Shown piece after piece: positions 12,571 through 23,876 of a DNA stretch of 64,000 bases. Below the pieces are notes generated by a model. That model searched no databases. It was not told the DNA's origin and saw nothing but the letters and a program-made list of their open reading frames with translations. The translations under genes were made by a program, and so were the position numbers. Numbering within the stretch: position 1 is the first letter of the stretch; the number at the start of each line of letters is the position of its first letter. The stretch comes from Octopus sinensis (Eukaryota), in NCBI RefSeq assembly GCF_006345805.1, contig NC_043009.1:52700001-52764000 (forward strand), given 5' to 3'.

Positions 12571-13204
12571 GGGGCATGGCTGTGTTGTGAGAAGCTTGTT
12601 TCCCAACCACATGGTCCCAGCTTCAGTCCCACTGCGTATATGTATGTATATATGTGTGAATGTGTGTTTGTTCCCTACAGCTACTTAGCAACCGGTGTTG
12701 TTCCGTTTACGTCCCCGTAACATAGCCGCTCGGTTTAAAGTACCAGGCTTTAAAAAACTGTAAGTACTGGGGTCGATTCATTCGACTACAAATACTTCAA
12801 GGTGGTGCCCCAGCATGGCCGCAGTCTAATAACTGAAACAAGTAAAAGATAAAGCAAAAACATCATATACTTAACAATCTAGCATATGTTAATGTATGAT
12901 TATGCGATGGTATTTACATGTATTTGTTGGTAGTGCGCTTATAAGTTTCTCATCTTACATGCACACATATGCAGACACATACACACACGCACTCACTCAC
13001 ACATATGCATACAGACATGCATACTAACATTCATGTAGATAGATACAGAGAGAGAGAGAGGAGAGAGAGAGAGCGAGACAGACAAACAGATAGACAGACA
13101 AATAGACAGACAGACAGACAGACAAACGGAAGGACGGACAGAGTGTGTCTTAGACACACTCAAAACATTCAGATCCAAGTATGCAACAGCAGCCACACTT
13201 GCGT

Positions 13205-13437
13205 CATACATACATACATACATACATACATACATTCATACATACATACATACATGTATACATGCATACATACATGCATACATACATACAATAATACATA
13301 CATACATACATACGTACGTACATACATACATACATGCATACATACATACAATAATACATACATACATACAATAATACAATAATACATACATACATACATA
13401 CATACATACATACGTACGTACATACATACATACATAC

Positions 13438-13468
<31 letters not shown>

Positions 13469-13495
13469 CATACATACATACATACATACATACAT
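13205..13495 (+). repeat. (TACA)n microsatellite
   Basis: Tetranucleotide run. Confidence 0.95.
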
Positions 13496-13499
13496 AAGG

Positions 13500-13685
13500 A
13501 GAATTCACGAAAAAACAAAAGACGAAGACAGGTGGTGTAGAAAACAAACAGATGTATTAGTATAACGCTCATGAATAGAAAAAGTCTTTAACGTTTCGAG
13601 CTTACGCTCTTCCACAGGAAGGAACACAGAGAGAAACAAGGAGAGAGAAAAATGTGTGTAGTGGCTACCGATCTATCATGGCGAC
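13500..13685 (-). mobile_element. Penelope-like terminal-repeat fragment with hammerhead-like motif; second copy about 13930-14060
   Basis: Two related copies, each with acgtttc...ctcttccacag. Confidence 0.55.
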
Positions 13686-13814
13686 ATACATGCATACATA
13701 CATATAAGCATAATTACTTATATGTATACATATGTATCAACATAATCCAATCATAAATCAATCTATCCATCCATCCATCCCTACATACATATACATACAC
13801 ATACACACACATCT

Positions 13815-13914
13815 NNNNNNNNNNNNNNNNNNNNNNNNNNNNNNNNNNNNNNNNNNNNNNNNNNNNNNNNNNNNNNNNNNNNNNNNNNNNNNNNNNNNNN
13901 NNNNNNNNNNNNNN
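13815..13914. other. Assembly gap (100 N)
   Basis: Run of n. Confidence 1.
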
Positions 13915-14385
13915 ATATATAAATATATAGGGATAATTCCAAAAAAAAACAAAAGACGAAGACAGCTCGTGTAGACAACAAGCAGATGTATTAGCTTAAC
14001 GCTCGGTAAGTGAAAAAGTCTTTAACGTTTCTAGCCTACACTCTTCCACAGAAAGGAACATACGTACATATATACATACATACATAAATACATCCATACA
14101 TATATACATACATACATATATATACATACATACATACATATATACATATATACATATATATATATATACAAATATTAGAAGAAATGAGGTAATCAGAAGA
14201 TGGGATGGTTTATATTTACAGATATTTATTTATATATTACATTTTTTACATATACATCATATCACTTAGATCATTAGCGCTTTCTCCCATTCTAGTGTCG
14301 TTTTCAAATCAAAATAATTCCTTTGTGGGGAATTTTAATCATTTTATAGAGTTTCGTAGTGGTGGGGAGGAACAAGACAGCACAA

Positions 14386-14424
<39 letters not shown>

Positions 14425-15129
14425 TATATACATGCATACATACATACATACATACATACATAGATACATACATACATACATACATACATACATACATACA
14501 TACATTTCTTGCAGCAATGTTGTTGCAGTTTACCCCTTTGTGACAAAACCGTCCAACTAGCCGAGTTGAAGGCGGCGAACTGGCAGAATCTTCAGCAGCC
14601 TAAATGCAATGCTTTTATGTTTTGAATTCAAGCTCTGCCGTTGTCGACTCTGCCTTTCATTCTTTCGGGGTTGATAAAATTAGTACAATTTACAGACTGG
14701 GGTCGGTTCAATTGACTTACCCGCCTCCCGAAAACAGCCGGCTTTGTGCCAAAATTTAAAATCAATATCTTAGTTGGGTTGATGTCGGCGAACTAGTAAA
14801 ATAGTTACTACACCAGGTGAAATGCTTAGCGGCATTTCGCCCAGCTTACGTTCGGAGTTCAAATTCCGTGAGGTCGACTTTGCTTTTATTCTTTCGGTGT
14901 CGATAAAAACCAGCTCTGCAACGAGTTCAATGTAGTCGACTTATTCGTTGTCCCGACATTTCAGACATTGCACCTATATTAGAAAGGAATATCTTAGCTG
15001 GCCCTCGTATGCATATATGTATAGGCACAAAGACAGATGGGTGTATGGACGGGCGGGCGGACGGACGGACGGACGGACGGATGGATGGATGGATGGATGG
15101 ATGGATGGATGGATGGATGGATCAGGATA

Positions 15130-15352
15130 CCTATTTCTTTATTACCCACAAGGGGCTAAACATAGAGGGGACAAACAAAGACAGACATAGGTATTAAGTC
15201 GATTATATCGACCCCAGTGCGTAACTGGTACTTAATTTATCGACCCCGAAAGAATGAAAGGTAAAGTCGACCTCGGCGAAATTTTAACTCACAACGTAAC
15301 GGCAGACAAAATACCGCTAAGTATTTCGCCCGGCGTGCAAACGGTTCTGCCA
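15130..15352 (-). mobile_element. SINE family A monomer; further copies at about 20385-20590(-), 23266-23455(-), 32020-32190(-), 39956-40207(-), 44985-45380(+), 60235-60450(+), 63865-64000(+)
   Basis: Same core and tail as 5416-5830; caggatacc occurs on both sides. Confidence 0.8.
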
Positions 15353-15769
15353 GGATACCACAACGCAAGTAAAACCTGACAACTTCAGACAGATCTCCGT
15401 TGTATTTACCTGTTTTCCTTCTTATCCAGTCTTCTTTTGTATCTCACCCTTTCTCTTATACTCTTTTCTGTCTCTGTCTACAACATCCCATCTCCAGCCA
15501 GACATTGCTTCTTGGCACTAATATTGTTTGATGAATTACAAATAATTCAAAACAAAACATTAAAGAATTAAAAATATCAAAATTTAAATAAACTTTAAAA
15601 CATTAAATACAAATTAATTAAAAGAAAAAAATTTTAAAACATTAATTAACTAAATTGAATTTAAAGAACAATAAAATAATAAAATAGAAAAATACAATCA
15701 TAATAATAAAACGAAAGCTAAAAAAAGCAAAGAATAAAATAAAATAAAATAAAATAATAATAATAAGGA

Positions 15770-16512
15770 AAATGGAGGTAGAAGATGTTGCGAGAGAGAG
15801 TAGGGATGTTAAGTCCAAGCGGTGTATGAGTTCGATGAGAGAAGATGTAGTACTGTTCTTGGTGAAGTCTAGTGGTGGTAGTTCCATGGTGAAAGGCCAG
15901 ACCGAAGACAGCAATATTTTCGGTGGTGTGGTTGATAGAGCAAAAGTGACGAACGATGGGGGTATATTTTTGGGAGAGGATATCCCATAGATGTGCCGTA
16001 AATCTGTCGGCTAGACGATGGCCCTACTGACCATCATATAAATAGTCACAAAGGGCGCATTTGAGGAAATAGGCAATGTTGGTCGAGATATATAAGAGAA
16101 ACAGTCCCGTATGTGGATAATGTATTGGTTGGCTCCAGTGATGGAGGTGGTGTTGGTGATAAACGGACAGGTGTCGCAACGGGATCTGGAACAAAGGGAG
16201 GATCCAGGATGAATGTGAGTGTGGAAAGGGAGAGAGCTACGGTCCAGAAAGTCGCATAGGTTACGGGAGCGTTTGAAGTAGGTGGGAAGAAACAGGGGGA
16301 TAGTAGGATCGGAATGAAAACGACGGAAGGCCGGTAGGATTTTCCGACGAAAGGGTAGGGTGGAGCGATGGAAAAGGAGGGGAAAGATGATGCGGCTGGG
16401 AGACAGGTATGGGGAAGGAGTGATGGCTGTGGTCCGATTAGTTTGGCGGGCAAGGGCAAGAGCAGTCTGGACAAGGGTGGAGGGTGTTCGCGACGAGTGA
16501 TGAGACGGGCCA
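15770..16512 (-). mobile_element. Decayed Penelope-like retroelement: RT C-terminal linker plus GIY-YIG endonuclease
   Basis: FKRSRNLCDFLDRSSLP...CSRSRCDTCPFI...NIAYFLKCALCDYLYDGQ*GHRLADRFTAH...PIVRHF...HQEQYYIF..RTHTPLGLN; contains a frameshift and a stop. Confidence 0.85.
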
Positions 16513-17231
16513 AGCTATTTATGTATCTTAATTAATGTCAATAGCCCCGGTTATATTCACTGTTTCCTATATTAATGGCTAAGTAGGCGTAGGAGTGGCT
16601 GTGTGGTAAGTGGCTTGCTTACCAACCACATAGTTCCGAGTTCAGTCCCAGTGCGTGGCATCTTGGGCAAGTGTCTTCTACTATAGCCTCGGGCCGACCA
16701 AAGCCTTGTGAGTGGAATTGGTAGACGGAAACTGAAAGAAGCCCGTCGTATATATGTATATATGTATGTAAGTGTTTGTGTGTCTGTGTTTGTCCCCCCC
16801 CCCCAACATCGCTTGACAACCGATGGTGGTGTGTTTACGTTCCCGTAACTTAGCGGTTTGGCAAAAGAGACCGATAGAATAAGTACTAGGCTTACAAAGA
16901 ATAAGTTCTTGGGTCGATTTGCTCGACTAAAGGCGGTGCTCCTGCATGGCCACAGTCAAATGACTGAAACAAGTAGAAGAGAGTAAAGAGTATATATGAC
17001 CGGCGGTGAATACGTGCAATAAAATAGAAATGTCCAAATAAGCAGAAATGCGTCTAACGTTCTCACTGGCCACGGGTGGGTCTCACTGGCCACGGGTAGG
17101 ACGAATTTTCGTTTCCCTTCGATATCTAATATTTAACACAGCACGTCTGTACAGCATTAACTGACCCATCAACAGTATGTTTGTGTGTGTGTGTGTGTGA
17201 GTGAGTGAGTGTGCATGTATGTATATACATA

Positions 17232-17538
17232 TGTGATCACCGTGACCGACCAGGCTATCAGTGTTGTTACACATCGCTGGTCACAATGCGCTTCGCATTG
17301 TTTTAGCCTTCAAATGACGCCATCCCGCTGGCTAAGCGAGCAGGCCAACAGAAGAAAGAGTGAGAGAAAGTTGTGGCGAAAGAGTACAGCAGGGATCGCC
17401 AGCACCCCCTGCCGGAGCCTCGTGGAGCTTTAGGTGTTTTCGCTCAATAAACACTCACAACGCCCGGTCTGGGAATCGAAACCGCGATCCTACGACCGCG
17501 AGTCCGCTGCCCTAACCACTAGGCCTTTGCGCCTCCAC
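17232..17538 (-). mobile_element. tRNA-Arg-headed SINE with an alternative 3' module
   Basis: Head and body near-identical to 6610-6791, tail different. Confidence 0.75.
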
Positions 17539-17807
17539 ATATATATACATATGTGTGTGTGTGTGTTAATATATGTGTGAGTATGTGTGTTTATGTATAC
17601 ATGTGTGTGTGTGAGTATATGTGTATATGTGTGTATATGTGTGTATGCAGCAGTGACTGTGTGGTAAGAAACTTGTTTCCCAGCCACACGGTTCCGGATT
17701 CAATTCCACTTCGTGGTACCTCCGGCAAGTGTGTTCTACTATATCCTATGACTGGGCAAAGCCTTGTAACAGTATTTGGAAGACGGAAGCTGAAAGGAAT
17801 CTGTCGA

Positions 17808-17848
<41 letters not shown>

Positions 17849-18147
17849 TGTGTCTGTGTCTGTGTGTGTATTTGTATGTGTGTGTTTGTGTGGCACTGTG
17901 TGTGTCTTTGTATATCTTTGAGTCTGTCTTTGTCCCTCACCACTTCTTGACAGCCGGTGTTGGTGTGTTTACGTCCTCGTAATTTAACGGTTCAGCAAAA
18001 TCGTGCGATAGCATAAGTGTCAGACTTTAAAAATCAGTACTGGGGTCGATTCATTCGACTAAAGGCCTTTCGAAGCGGTGCCCCAGCATGGCCGCATTCT
18101 AATGACTGAAGCAAATAAAAGATAATACACACATACGCGCACACACA

Positions 18148-18203
<56 letters not shown>

Positions 18204-18220
18204 CATGTGTGTGTGTGTGT

Positions 18221-18452
18221 GAGGGATGACCACTAAGTGGACATCCATTTTGCTAGAAGTTGACCCCCTATGGTATTACCACTAAGAAAATTTGGTTTGT
18301 GATTAATCTGTATATATTGTATCTTTTCATTTGTCTTGCTCGCTTACGTTCTGGCGTTTGCTAAATTTTCTTAAGAACATTCCTTTCTCAGTGGTAAGAT
18401 CATAGGGGGTTCACTTTTAGCATAAAGGATGTCCACATAGTGGTCATCCCTC
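18221..18452. mobile_element. MITE with about 65-bp imperfect terminal inverted repeats
   Basis: gagggatgaccactaagtggacatcc ... ggatgtccacatagtggtcatccctc (25/26 match); similarity continues inward. Confidence 0.85.
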
Positions 18453-18581
18453 TTATATTTATGTAATATAATTTTTCTGAATCTTCACATTTTTCTATAT
18501 GCTAGACCACTGGTTTTAAATTGATATTAATCAAATTAATATTCAATTTTTCACCCCTATTATTTTATATATATGTGTGTG

Positions 18582-18629
<48 letters not shown>

Positions 18630-20849
18630 CATGTATGAGCCAAGGATCGAGTTGTAGGAAGTAAGTGAGCTTCAAGCAATCCGCAGAAACTGTAAAAAAA
18701 AACTTTCAGGAACAATGCAGGTTTATCAGGGCGGAAGGCTGTGAACTTTTCCGTATCGAAGAACGATAAACTGAAAAAATTATTTCATATCTCACGGTTG
18801 GCAACCACAGTTGACGGATATTCGAATAAAATTCCCTAAGTTAATAAATGGAGTAGACACAATCTGGGCTACATATGTTTCATAACGAGCGGAATCTCGG
18901 AAGCCAAGGGAGGTGTGTATCGCAGGCTACTCGTCAGGATAAGGATATCTTCATTATATGTGGTTTACATTGCCGTTAAGAGACCCATGTTAACACATGG
19001 AGGATTCGATCAGAATGCGTAGACAGTGGAGTTTGAGTGGAGAATATAATTGTGAAGAGAAATTAGGAATATGAGAAAAGAAAAAAGAAAATATATAAAG
19101 GAGTGGGAAAGTTTGCAAGTAATGAATTCAAGCGGGGTCGTTTAACAGGTTTTCAATAAGACCATTTAAACCCAGTTGGAGAGAGAGAAAGAAGGAGTGA
19201 TAGTATGTATGTATGTATGTATGTATGTATACGCATATTCGCATATATATGTATGATATATACCTGTGTGCGTCTATGAATATATATCTTTCTTTCTTTC
19301 TTTCTTTTCTTTCTTTTACTTGTTTCAGTCATTTGACTGCGGCCATGCAGGAGCACCGCCTTTAGTCGAGCAGATCGACCCCGGGACTTATTCTTTGTAA
19401 GCCCAGTACTTATTCTATCGGTCTCTTTTGCCGAACCGCTAAGTGACGGGGACGTAAACACACCAGCATCGGTTGTCAAGCAATGCTAGAGGGACAAACA
19501 CAGACACACAAACATATACACACACATACATATACATATATATACATATATACGACAGGCTTCTTTCAGTTTCCGTCTACCAAATCCATTCACAAGGCTT
19601 TGGTCGGCCCGAGGCTATAGTAGAAGACACTTGCCCAAGATGCCACGCAGTGGGACTGAACCCGGAACCAATTGGTTGGTTAGCAAGCTACTTACCACAC
19701 AGCCAAAAGATGCAAACATACATACACACATACACTCATATCCGGTTTATGCAGTTGATGCAGTATTGTACATATATACACACACACTGTGTGACACACA
19801 TACTCACTCACACTTCGCACGCAAGACCTTTGTTTAAGACATGTAATTTTTTTTTTTTTTCAAAGAAATTGAACTTTTTTTTTTTCCTATTTGATGTAAT
19901 AAACGTTTCCTTTGTGCTGTCGCTTCAGCGTACAATATTCGATTAGCTATTCATTTCAGCTAATCGAAGAACACAATTCGATTAGCTATTCTTTTGACCT
20001 AATCGAACGACAATTAGTCACCTTCAAGTATACTTAATAGTTCTAGGAACAAAAAAATTTTTTTTTTTCAATCTCGCTCAAAATGCGTGGGCTACACACA
20101 CACGCGCGCGCACACATGTCAATCAGGAGTTACTTCCCTTGAACACATACGTTTCGCAGTAAGTTTTGAAGAGTTATTTCCCTTACATCTATAAAACTAT
20201 TATTTTCCTTGTTATTATAACGAGCGTTGCTCCCGTCAAATAAGGAATAATTTATGTGATACAAAGGGATCAGTTCTTTAGATTCAATATTTGAACATGT
20301 TTAAGAACAAGTTAGAACATAATTATGCTATCAATATGATTTATGTTAATTAATAGATTTATGCTAATATAAACAACATATTCTTTTCTACACTAGGCAC
20401 AGGGCCCGAAATTTTGGGGGAGGCGGCCAGTCGATTAGATTGATTCCAGTACGCAACTGGTACTTAATTGATCGACTCCAAAAGGATGAAAGGCAAAGTC
20501 GACCTCGGCGGAATTTGAACTCAGAACATAAAGACAGACGAAATGCCGCTAAGCATTTCGCTCGGTGTGCTAACGTTTCTGCCAGCTCGCAGCCTTTCCG
20601 TCGACCAAATTTTCCTACCACATTAGCTCTCAACTCAACACCTGAAGACGTTTTATTCTATGAGAACATTAACTGATGCATCTATAATCAATTTTAACAT
20701 ATTGCGGTTCAACGGAAGATTCTTCTGTTGTTATACTTCCTGATTGCCTCTGAGACCGTTGGACATACATACATACATACATACATACATACATACATAC
20801 ATACATACATACATACATACGCACGCACGCACGCACGCACGCATGCTCC

Positions 20850-21835
20850 TCGAGAAGCACTCTCTCTCTCTGATGATCTCCTATGCAGCCCCAAAACAGC
20901 TGGGTTTTCTTACCTCAGAAAAGACCTAGATAGAAAGTACTCAGCATACAAAAAAAAGACCATTCATGGGTATGTTGCCCGGAAGCGTGAAGAAGAGAGT
21001 TGAATTGACACAAAAGGCAACCTCTCTTGGACACCTGACTACTACATCACATCACACTTTGAAGGCTATAGGTTTGCATTCCAGGAACAGGAGATTGTCA
21101 CAAAGTACCTGATGAACAAGGGGTACAATGACACTCTTATAATCCCAAGGTAAAACTGCATGTGTAGGCTGTCATGTTTTTGTGGAAGACATCACGCGTG
21201 TGATTAGCAGGTGTCCTAAAATGTCGTCGCGTTACTCCGTATGCGGCACGATGTTGTTGCGAAAACAATTTAAAACGCCATCCGCAAAAAAGACTGTCCT
21301 GAAATAAACTTAGAAAATCCCATTGTTAAGAACTACATTTATAAACACCAACTCAAGGAATACTGGTGGAATATTCCCATCAAAACGTCTGCCAAATGTA
21401 AACAAAACAGGCCGGATATTGTTATTTGGGACAGAGGGGCAAAGGTATGTACCATCATAGACGTCAACTGCCCTGCAGATATAAATATCTCTTTGAAAGA
21501 CAAAGATAAAGAGGATGTCTATGGACAAATGTTTCGAAACCTCCAGATTCTATATCCAGACTATGAATTCATATTTATACAAATGATAATTGGAGCACTA
21601 GTTTTTGTTAGTAAATGATTAAAGGAGAATCTGCATAAACTGGGATTTTCAGAAAGAGAACTCGACCAGCTAATTCGTACAAGTACAATCCGTGAGTGGA
21701 ATAGTAAAAATATGCAAGACTTTTCTCAAGTTCTAAATGTGAATTTGTCTGTGTAAACTAAATCCCAAGGATGGAACCTTGTATCTTTGTTGGAAACCGG
21801 CTCTCTTCTCAGTGGAAGATTTATAATAATTAAAA
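20850..21835 (+). mobile_element. Decayed 5'-truncated non-LTR retrotransposon with CCHC finger and restriction-like endonuclease (R4/Dong/NeSL-type)
   Basis: EGYRFAFQEQEIVTKYL, EDITRVISRCPKM, RHDVVAKTI, EYWWNIPIKT, NRPDIVIWDR...IIDVNCPADIN, IIGAL motifs. Confidence 0.85.
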
Positions 21836-21844
21836 AATAGAAGA

Positions 21845-22450
21845 TACATACATAAATACATACATACATACATGCATGCACGCATGCATGCATACATACA
21901 TACGTACATACACGCATGCATACATACATACATACATAATACATACATACATACATACATACATACACGCATACATACATACATACATACATACACGCAT
22001 GCATACATACATACATACATACATATACGCATGCATGCATACATACATACATACATACATACATACATACACGCATGCATGCATACAAACATACATACAT
22101 ATATACATACACGCATGCATACATACATACATACATAATACATACATACACGCATGCATACATACATACATACACGCATGCATACATATATACACGCATG
22201 CATACATACATACATACATACACGCATGCATGCATACATACATACATACATACATACATACATACATACATACACGCATGCATGCATACATACATACATA
22301 CACGCATGCATGCATACATACATACACGCATGCATGCATGCATACATACATACATACATTCATACACGCATGCATACATACATACACGCATGCATTCAAA
22401 CATACATACATACATACATACACACACGCATGCATGCATACATACATGCA
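21845..22450 (+). repeat. Compound (TACA)n / CACGCATGCA microsatellite
   Basis: Low complexity. Confidence 0.95.
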
Positions 22451-22937
22451 TAGTGGCACTCCATCAGTTACGACGACCTAGGGCTCCAGTTGATCCGATC
22501 AACCGAACAGCTTGCTAGTGAAATTAACGTTGCAGGTGGCTGAGTACTCCACAGACGCGCGTACCCTTAACATAGTTCACTGGGAACTTCAGCGTGACAC
22601 CAAATTTGACGAGGCCAGCCCATTTTGAAATGCAGGTACTACTCATTTATAAAGGAAAGAAAGGAAAATCACATACCATTGGTATGTGATTAGTAAGATG
22701 TTAAATTTCCTTAGACGTTTCTTATTTTTAAAAAAAGCGGTAATGACACAAAAGAATGAATACTTGGTCTTAAATCAAGAAAGTTTTTAAATGTATTTTT
22801 TAATTTAACTCTTGGGACTTTACATGATGGTATTCTATACCTTATCAACGATTCTATGAAGGTGTCAATAATCTATGAACCTTGGCGATCATAGTCGCTC
22901 GAATCCCAGTCTTTAACAATAAATCATTTCATAATCA

Positions 22938-23132
22938 CGGAGATGTACTCGCATAGCAAGTAATTTTATCTGAGATCGTGTGCTGAAACGAAAACAATTG
23001 CAGCGTGGAAGGTGTTTATAAGCCATTTAAGAAACACACAAAAGCCGTTCGATTCACTTCAACATTTAAGTTTAATTTGTCAAAATATTTTCGTCGCTAA
23101 AATCCGCGACCCGTTCACTGACAAAAATCCGT
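22938..23132 (-). mobile_element. Short repeat element ending in a hammerhead-like motif (Penelope-terminal-like)
   Basis: Bounded by cacgga...tccgtg; contains the 23076-23125 motif; family assignment is inference. Confidence 0.45.
23076..23125 (-). ncRNA. Type-I minimal hammerhead-like RNA with G3:C8 core
   Basis: TTTGTCA-GTGAACG-G-GTCGC-GGATTTTA-GCGAC-GAA-AATATT-T-TGACAAA: 7-bp stem I, 5-bp stem II, palindromic stem III. Confidence 0.65.
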
Positions 23133-23836
23133 GCTGCATCTCATAATCAAACTTTACAAGAGTTACCTCCCTCTAAACTATTATCTCCCTTCAATAAAAT
23201 GAACGTTTATAACACGGGTTTCCCTCTCCACTACAACAAATATACCTATTTCTTTATTGCTCACAAGGGGCTAAACACAGAGGGGACAAACAAGGACAGA
23301 CAAACGGATTAAGTCGATTATATCGACCCCAGTGCGTCACTGGTACTTAATTTATCGACCCCGAAAGGATGAAAGGCAAAGTCGACCTCGGCGGAATTTG
23401 AACTCAGAACGTAACGGCAGACGAAATATGGCTACGCATTTCGCCCGGCGTGGCTCAACACTACATGCTTGTTTGATTTTTGGTTTGTTTTTTGGGGGTT
23501 TTTTTAGCCATCGGATTGTTAAAAGAAAATAATAGGCAGCTCCATTTTCTAGAATTAGGTCACCAAAACCTACAACCGTTTATTTAAATCGACGATAAAT
23601 TTTATTCCTCTAGTGATCCCTTTAATTTACTCTTTTACTTGTTTCAGTCATTTGACTGTGGCCATACTGCAGCACCGCCTTTAGTCGAACAAATCGACCC
23701 CAGGACATATTCTTTGTAAGCCTAGTACTTATTCTATCGTTCTTCTTTGCCGAAAAGAAGTGGCTTAAATTTATCACAAGGAGAAAAGATATCATTGATG
23801 AGTCAACCCTAGCAGCTATGTATGTTTGTATCCATG

Positions 23837-23876
<40 letters not shown>

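Noticed and set aside
16046-16513. 155-aa Pro/Ser-rich ORF
   Set aside because: It is an alternative frame of the decayed Penelope-like element.
17061-17097. 20-bp-period duplication of tctcactggccacgggt
   Set aside because: Ordinary slippage duplication with no further structure.
21790-21805. GGAAACCGGC shared between the RLE-LINE 3' UTR and the mini-SINE tail
   Set aside because: Only 10 bp, with no further similarity; too short to claim a SINE-LINE partnership.
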